64,000 bases of DNA, taken from the IMG/VR virus record IMGVR_UViG_3300029955_000001, one strand, 5' to 3'. Of this stretch, positions 57,623-64,000 are shown in pieces. The notes below the pieces were generated by a model that was not told the origin of the DNA, searched no databases, and worked only from the letters and a program-made list of their open reading frames with translations. The position numbers were made by a program, and so were the translations under genes. The stretch comes from a virus (taxonomy: Duplodnaviria > Caudoviricetes). Within the stretch, counting starts at the first letter, position 1; the number at the start of each line of letters is the position of its first letter.

Positions 57623-57778
57623 AATTGATCCTTATCCATTAAATTGAACTTATACAATACTGTAATTATTATTTTCTAACTTACAATCATAAGAATCTAG
57701 GAACTATTACTAAAAAAGAACAAAAAAAAACAGGAAAGAATAACTCTCCTGTTTTTATACTATCGACGGTCTTACTTT

Positions 57779-58349
57779 TTAAGTAAGACCGTCACGCCAA
57801 TACACCGCCGCGTCGCAATAGTATTTGTTTTCGCCACGATTACATTGTCGATCGAGGACCACAAGGAACTTATCATTTGCGCCAACGATTTTCGCTTCAC
57901 GCAAAATTCCAGCACCTAACTGATTGGTAATGGCTTCCAGAGTTCTTTCATGATCAGGAAACGAAATGACCAATTTCGAAACGAGTAGCTTCCATCCCTG
58001 CACGGTTCACCGGCGAAGTTTTGTAGACAGCCGATTGTTTCAAAACGGACCAGTTATTTTCCAGCATTGTTTTGCATTCCGCGCTAACTACAGCTGGAAC
58101 ATGCGTTGAATCCGTAATCGGAATATCGATCGGGCTGACGATAATGTTCGAGCATGCTAAACCCTGAATGTTGCAAATGAATCGAGGAACCTTTGGTAAC
58201 GTTGTTGTCGATGGTGGAATCACAACCTCTGCTGGTTGTTGTGATACAATGAACGAATCTACTGGATTCGAAACAGTTGTTACTGCGCCGGTTGCGAAAA
58301 CGGTGGACGAAAATAGAGCAAAGACAATCGCAGAGATAAAGGTTTTCAT
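57779..58349 (-). CDS. secreted hypothetical protein, possibly frameshifted
   Basis: signal-peptide ORF 57954-58349 overlaps a second frame 57779-58003 that lacks its own RBS. Confidence 0.45.
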
Positions 58350-58412
58350 GGTATTCTCCTAGTATTAAAATTAAGTGTTACGTGATTGTATCAAGCTTAG
58401 TATAGGCTCAAT

Positions 58413-58449
58413 CTCACCTCCAGTATATATGTCTGAAATATTCTGGAAT
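58413..58449 (-). promoter_or_regulatory. copy of promoter-like motif
   Basis: CTCAC-CTCCAG-TATATATGTCTGAAATATTCTGGAAT. Confidence 0.6.
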
Positions 58450-58508
58450 GAGTCTTTTTGGTATATATTTCATAGTTTAATTTACTGCTATTAAACATAA
58501 TAAAACAC

Positions 58509-59517
58509 TTACAAATAAATAACAGATTGAGTTTCTTTTATATTAGAAAATTCACCTTTTACTATTAACGCACTAATAATTTTATCTGCTTGTGTGGATG
58601 TTAAACATTCGTATGAATCTTTATCGTAACAATTATTAAAATTCCAACCATTCATCCACCAGTCAGATTGACAAAATTGACACTTATCCGAATCTGGAAC
58701 AATTGGTACAAAGTTCCATCCTAATTGATTGTGGCGTACAGGCATTCTGAGATCTGGTCTGACAGTCGTATAACAACAAAATGATTCTAACGTCACTACA
58801 AGCTGCTAGATGAATTAAACCAGTATCTGCACCTACCACACACTCTGACTTCGCCATGACCTTAGCGGCCTCTAGAAGACTAGTCTTATCGATTAAGTCA
58901 ATGACACCTGGAATTGCTTTAGGCGCCACACCATATTGCGTTCCTGCACCAAATGTTTCAAAAGGGCGTTCTGATTTACCAAGATACACCGGTGTAATCC
59001 CAACGCTAAGTAAGTATTCAGATAACTTAATAATTTCTGCTGCTGGCAGCGCTCTGTTTTTATTGACTTCGGTGGCGCAGATACAAACATATCTTTCTGG
59101 TAATTTGAATTTACTAATGTTGGTCCCGTTAGTTGATATCTTGGGATAATTTTTATGTTCTAATGGCAATACTGTTCCAAGAAGCTTAATTGACGCGTAA
59201 TCGATCAGCGACATACGTAATGGATTAATATCCGCTGTAGGTCCGTTAGGGGAATCTTTTATATCATTTAACCAAACTGCTGTAGTTGCTATCTTTGATT
59301 CGAATCCTTCTTTACCGAGAATTCTAATACGAGATATTGGAACGAAATGAAGAAGAGGTATAAAATATTCTTTTATCATCACATTGTAAATTGAGTCTGG
59401 TTTATTCCAGATATTTTCTATGGCATATTTTAAAGTAGGGGTCGCGGCGACGATGTCGCCTAACGCGCCTGCATTCACCATAAAAAGCCATGGTGTATTT
59501 ATTTTTACATTTGGCAT
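58509..59517 (-). CDS. second GT9 glycosyltransferase (one-base frameshift near 58780)
   Basis: GALGDIVAA and GADTGLIHLAA; removing one T restores DVRIICCYTTVRPDLRMPVRH, collinear with DVKIVCGYTTVAPELRIPVRH of 4251-5234. Confidence 0.85.
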
Positions 59518-59635
59518 GTTATTTTACCTATTAAGAAACAATGTTAAATTTTCAAATTATACACGCAATTAGTAAAAAATACTACGTCATAAAACCCAGA
59601 GTATTTAGCTCTGGGTTTTATGATTCTAAAACACT

Positions 59636-60001
59636 TTACGGATGTCTGCTAAATGATTCTAATACGCTCAGTCCGGGATTACAAATATATACATCTTTTC
59701 CATCTGGTGAAATACAGAAACTATTAGGATTAGTAGTAGCTATCGAAAGCGTAGCTGGTGTTAGAGCAGCTAATAACCCTGTACTCGTATTAATAGAAAA
59801 CATCGATACGCTATTCCCACCGTTATTAGCAGTATATATATTCAATCCATCTGGAGAAATAGTCGGGTACTGTGGCGAAGAACCAGTCGCTATAGACGCA
59901 GGCACTGTTCCTTGTAATGGTGATAATAGTCCAAACAAACTCTTAACGAAATTAACAAATGAATTAATCGCGTTCGCTGCCAGCGTTCCCATTAAAGGCA
60001 T
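59636..60001 (-). CDS. lactonase/YVTN-type beta-propeller repeat fragment
   Basis: ISPDGLNIYTAN..SVSMFSINTSTGLL and ISPDGKDVYICN repeats. Confidence 0.5.
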   Translation of the reverse strand: MPLMGTLAANAINSFVNFVKSLFGLLSPLQGTVPASIATGSSPQYPTISPDGLNIYTANNGGNSVSMFSINTSTGLLAALTPATLSIATTNPNSFCISPDGKDVYICNPGLSVLESFSRHP

Positions 60002-60089
60002 GATTATTCCTTCTAACTAATATTTTTTAATAAACTAACTACAACAAGTAAAAATCTTATCCATGTTGTAGTTAGTTTTTTGAATGAAA

Positions 60090-61640
60090 TTAAAATCTTA
60101 ATTGTGCGATCTTAGCAATATACGTCGCACTTGCTACCTTGTCGATATTGATTGCGTAGCGATCGTAACCATTTGTTGAAAGACCAGTTGTTGGTGGTGT
60201 ATCGTTACCCCAAAATAGATTCGTACCATTTACTAAATCAACACCATCAATTTGTAAACCAGACATGTAGTACGTTGGAGAACTTCCTTGCAACACATCA
60301 ATTATTAATGAAACAGCTATATTGTCGCCAACAACACTGTTAAACGTTGTCGTTGCACTCCACGCGACATTTAAAATGAAATTATTAGTAGCTGCCACAT
60401 TACAATACATTACACCTCCTAACGCTACGTAAAAATTCTGTATAGCGGTAGGCGCAGCTGCTATATTTTGAACTACTTCAGCAGCATTAGTTAAAACGGC
60501 AGCAGGAGCATTAATCGATCCATGAGCAACAATACCACCTGTATCTACAATACCGACTGTAGCAGAAGCAGTGGTGGTAGTTATACTAGAAAACGTCGCG
60601 TTAGATGTAGTTCCTAAACCTAAAGCTGTAGCGGCAGCGGCTGCTGTAACAGCGCCAGTACCGCCATTTGCAATCGCTACAGTGCCGGTAACATTACCAG
60701 CATTAGTAGCTGTAGTGGCATTACCGGCAAGAGCGCCAGTAAACGTCGTGGCTGACACAGCTGCAAAAGTTGGTGAGTCAGTAGTAGTTAAACCAGTAAT
60801 GTCAGACTGTGATAACACAACAGCACCGACTCTACCAGCAACAGTAGTAACTTCAGTAGTTGCGCCATTCCACTTATCCCAAGTCACTCCATTAAATACC
60901 GCCGAATCCCCCCCCCCACATTCCAACTACTATTTCCATCAAGTGTCGTAGTGCCAGCAGTGCTAACCTTATACACATAACCTTTAGTACCAACACCATT
61001 TGCTAAAGCTGGTATGTTAGTACCCGCGTTCCAAGTACCTTGATACGACATCGCACTCGTAATAGAAGTAGGTAACTGCGCTAGTGTTAACGTACCACCA
61101 GCTGTCAAGGTGGCAACACCACTAGCAGCGCCAAGTAACGCGCTACTTACAGGTGTGTATCCAAGAGCACTTGTAATCTGGCTTGATTGTAGAGTAATAG
61201 CGTTTTGATTTAAAAAGGTAGGTGCACCAGTGCCGCCACTTAGCACGAGTTGCCCGGAAACACCAGCTGCGCTAAACAGAGTAGTGTTAACAGCACTTTG
61301 ATACGGTAACGCACCTGCTACACCGCCGTCCAAGTTATTAGAAGTGGTTGCGTTTGTAATAGTCCCAGAGAAAGCGCCTACAAACGTAGTAGCAGTAACT
61401 GTATTAAACGTAACATCGGATGTAGTTCCTAAACCTAACGCTGTAGCCGCTCCAGCGGCAGTAGTAGATCCAGTACCACCAAAAGCTATAGCTAAAATCC
61501 CAGAAGAAATATTTGAAGCATTTGAACCATAAATTTTTGTTACCACGTCTTGCGCGTTAACAGGATCAGCTACATTTGTGATTGAGAATGAATTTGCGTC
61601 TAAGCCAAAACGACTTTTAAAAGCGTAATTGACTACTCAT
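60090..61640 (-). CDS. tail fibre-like protein (two homopolymer frameshifts)
   Basis: repeated LAIAFGGTGSTTAAGAATALGL / VAIANGGTGAVTAAAAATALGL; YQGTWNA; frames join across a T4 run near 61618 and a G10 run at 60908-60917. Confidence 0.75.
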
Positions 61641-61689
61641 GATTATTATTCCTAAAGTAATGTCAGTGTAATTACATTTAAACTATCTA

Positions 61690-62343
61690 TTACCCAGACG
61701 CAACTTGAGCCTGCCTGATAACAGCAAGTACATTCAAATAAACAGTATCCAGATTTGTTGTCGTGCCTAAACTTACTCCGGTCGTAGGATCCACTAATGG
61801 AATAACGGCTGTTCCGTTATTTACAAGATCGAGTGTTATTGTTATTGGAGATAAAACATCCAAGTGCCTAACAGACCCATCAACAAGAACAACGGCATTA
61901 CTTTGAGAAATTATTGCTGTTGGTAACCCCCCTGTAGAATCTGGCCAATTAATAACTAACTGTGGCGTACGAACATATAACACACCAACCGCATTAGCAG
62001 AATAATTCGTTGCTGGTGGATTATTAGCAACTTGAGCTTGTCTGATAACTGCGAGTATCTGAAGAAAGACGTTATCCAGCGTTGTAGTGGTTCCTAAACC
62101 AGCACCGGTGACTGGATCTACCAATGGAATAGGGGTGCTCCCGTCGCTCGTAAGATCTATCGGTATCACCAGTGATTGTAAAACATCAAGATTTCTAGTA
62201 GTGTCATCAGCCATCGTAACTGCGTTACTTTGGCATATTGCCGCTACTGGCGACCCAGCTACATCTGGGTAATTTATTACAAGATTTGTAATTCGAACAT
62301 AAGGAAGACCTACCGTAGAAGAATCATAATTCGCGCTCATCAC
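61690..62343 (-). CDS. hypothetical protein with two tandem ~105-aa domains
   Basis: VGLPYVRITNLVINYPD...IPLVDPVTG...VFLQILAVIRQAQ repeated as VGVLYVRTPQLVINWPD...IPLVDPTTG...VYLNVLAVIRQAQ. Confidence 0.75.
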   Translation of the reverse strand: MMSANYDSSTVGLPYVRITNLVINYPDVAGSPVAAICQSNAVTMADDTTRNLDVLQSLVIPIDLTSDGSTPIPLVDPVTGAGLGTTTTLDNVFLQILAVIRQAQVANNPPATNYSANAVGVLYVRTPQLVINWPDSTGGLPTAIISQSNAVVLVDGSVRHLDVLSPITITLDLVNNGTAVIPLVDPTTGVSLGTTTNLDTVYLNVLAVIRQAQVASG

Positions 62344-62356
62344 TGCCTCATTTCGT

Positions 62357-63997
62357 CTAATATAAGAACCCGGTTACAATAACTGAAACAGTCGAAGATA
62401 TGGCCGACATTGATTGACTAATTCCGATCTGTTGGCCAGCTGCAATTTCTATTCCATCTGGGATATCGTACGATACATTTGTCCCGACACCGTTTGCGAA
62501 CGTACCAGTCATATTAGGCACATCGACATTCATAACAATGCCCGAAGTCACCGCAACGGTGGCCGCTGCTCGAACTCGAACTCTACCAGTTATAGCGGTA
62601 GTAGACGTTGCCTTTATAGTAACTGAAATTGATGACAAACGTAATACCTTACCAGCTGGAACAGTGTAAGATGTTCCCGTCGTCACTGTCCCGGCAGTGT
62701 TTATACTCATTGACGCCAGTGCTTCAGCGGTAACGCCAGCAGCAACGTCCATGTAGAACGTCATATACGTTCTGCCTGTATCGCTAACATTTTGAACTGG
62801 CAAAAATAATGCAGCCTGTGCTGATTTAGGCATACGTGGTGAAGAAGACCCTGCCGCCATACAAGACGTGCCAATTGTCTGAGCAGTTGTACCAAGACTA
62901 TTGATCCAAATCGACATCGGTAAATTCGGATTTTGTAAGGTAGGCGCTACAGCGATATTCGCGTTATAAATGACATGAAATACGACCCAAACGCTATCTG
63001 GTGAAAACACTTCGAATATAATCGATGCTGCACCCAACCATCCAAAACGAATTCTGAATATGTTCAAGTTAGCAAAATTAATCGCTACAGGAACCCCAGC
63101 CTGTGTAAATTTAGAATTAGACAGCCCAGTCAACAGGTCACCGTTCCAAGATGTTCTCGGAGTAGACGTTATTGCGCCGCCAGTCATTCTGGATAACGAC
63201 ATTACCCCTGCTTCGTATCCCAGCCATAACCCATTCGCAGAACCGTCCATGTAACCGATACGGGAGAATGTGGCAGCTACTGAACTCGCCCCTGACCAAT
63301 AGGCTGTAAAATAAGCAAATATTTCAAAACCAGCACGGTACGTATTTGTAGCAATGGATGACAATAACGCAACTGATGGATTAGTTGTTGTAGTCGCAAC
63401 AGTCAGCTGACCTGCTGTCCATGTTGCTGTCGCGCTACCTGACAACGTTGTTTGATTCATTAGCGTGGTAACTGTACCAGCGCCAATAAAACTCAGTTCG
63501 ACTTGCGCAGTGCGTTCAGCCACTACAACCTGATTGAAACCATCTACATTGTTCGTATTAAGTGCAACAGGCAAGCCGATGTTTGTTGTAGGTATCGCCA
63601 CACCGTTGATTTCGTTAATCGATACCGGACTATTACCAAGCTGAGTTACTGCGGCTTCAGTGCCATAGTACGTATTAATATTTAACGTTGTTGTGGTCGC
63701 TGTTCCCGTGTTTTGTACCACCACGTTTAAATAGTTCCCATTGATTGGGATCGCCTGATTAAACCCTGTTCCAGCTTTAGCGTAATACACAAACGAACTA
63801 CATTTTGTATTAGAAGAGGACGTGATATACTGATTGACTGTTATCGTGACCGGCTGGTCAGACACAACAGTTAATGAAAGAGTAACTTGATTAAGAATTG
63901 ATTCAATTGTCCCAGTGAACACACTAGAAGCAGTAAGTTGCCCGGTTGATGAGTTCACTGTGGATGCGATAAAACTACTTGCTGTCGGCACCACCAT
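62357..63997 (-). CDS. virion structural / tail-associated protein
   Basis: 546 aa, Thr/Ala/Ser-rich beta protein; FRIRFGWLG motif; start lies at the window edge. Confidence 0.65.
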   Translation of the reverse strand: MVVPTASSFIASTVNSSTGQLTASSVFTGTIESILNQVTLSLTVVSDQPVTITVNQYITSSSNTKCSSFVYYAKAGTGFNQAIPINGNYLNVVVQNTGTATTTTLNINTYYGTEAAVTQLGNSPVSINEINGVAIPTTNIGLPVALNTNNVDGFNQVVVAERTAQVELSFIGAGTVTTLMNQTTLSGSATATWTAGQLTVATTTTNPSVALLSSIATNTYRAGFEIFAYFTAYWSGASSVAATFSRIGYMDGSANGLWLGYEAGVMSLSRMTGGAITSTPRTSWNGDLLTGLSNSKFTQAGVPVAINFANLNIFRIRFGWLGAASIIFEVFSPDSVWVVFHVIYNANIAVAPTLQNPNLPMSIWINSLGTTAQTIGTSCMAAGSSSPRMPKSAQAALFLPVQNVSDTGRTYMTFYMDVAAGVTAEALASMSINTAGTVTTGTSYTVPAGKVLRLSSISVTIKATSTTAITGRVRVRAAATVAVTSGIVMNVDVPNMTGTFANGVGTNVSYDIPDGIEIAAGQQIGISQSMSAISSTVSVIVTGFLY

Positions 63998-64000
63998 TAT

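Noticed and set aside
9347-60917. Poly-G tracts (9347-9355, 12181-12191, 60908-60917) as phase-variation switches
   Set aside because: Other genes are broken by single indels in short A/T runs (31404, 58780, 61618), which points to homopolymer sequencing errors. Raw reads are needed before invoking slippage, even though one tract sits in a tail fibre gene.
992-63685. Most plus-strand ORFs in the six-frame track
   Set aside because: They are antisense shadows of well-supported minus-strand genes, without RBS or recognisable motifs.
1-64000. Alternative genetic code (TAG/TGA recoding)
   Set aside because: Long conserved genes are intact under code 11, the tmRNA tag ends in TAG, there is no suppressor tRNA, and the only in-frame TGA is in a decayed element.

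Overview
A 64-kb piece of an AT-rich, very large (jumbo-type) bacteriophage genome. Essentially every gene is on the minus strand. The left and middle parts are accessory genes: HAD phosphatase, DEDDh exonuclease, two GT9 glycosyltransferases, QueC-like, NUDIX, nucleotidyltransferase, histidine phosphatase, ThyA, dTMP kinase, two acyl carrier proteins, a Tad1-like anti-defence sponge missed by the ORF track, and a decayed IscB element. The right end encodes envelope and virion/tail-fibre-like proteins. The striking part is an ~11-kb RNA island (13.5-24.4 kb) built around a Ro60/Rsr (TROVE-vWA) gene. It holds (i) a 1,935-bp array of 108 alternating 9-nt repeats and 107 variable ~9-nt spacers (36-nt unit, TIGR-like) with its own promoter-like motif and no recognisable Tas gene in the window; (ii) 13 tandem Y-RNA-like genes sharing one Ro-binding-type stem but carrying different cargo domains; (iii) a circularly permuted two-piece tmRNA whose T-loop is interrupted by a group I intron; (iv) a tRNA-Leu(UAA) split by a 601-nt group I intron; and (v) several tRNAs, tRNA-like oddities and long ORF-free candidate structured RNAs. 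Several genes are broken by single-base indels in homopolymers, so the assembly probably contains indel errors. All family assignments are by eye; no database search was run.
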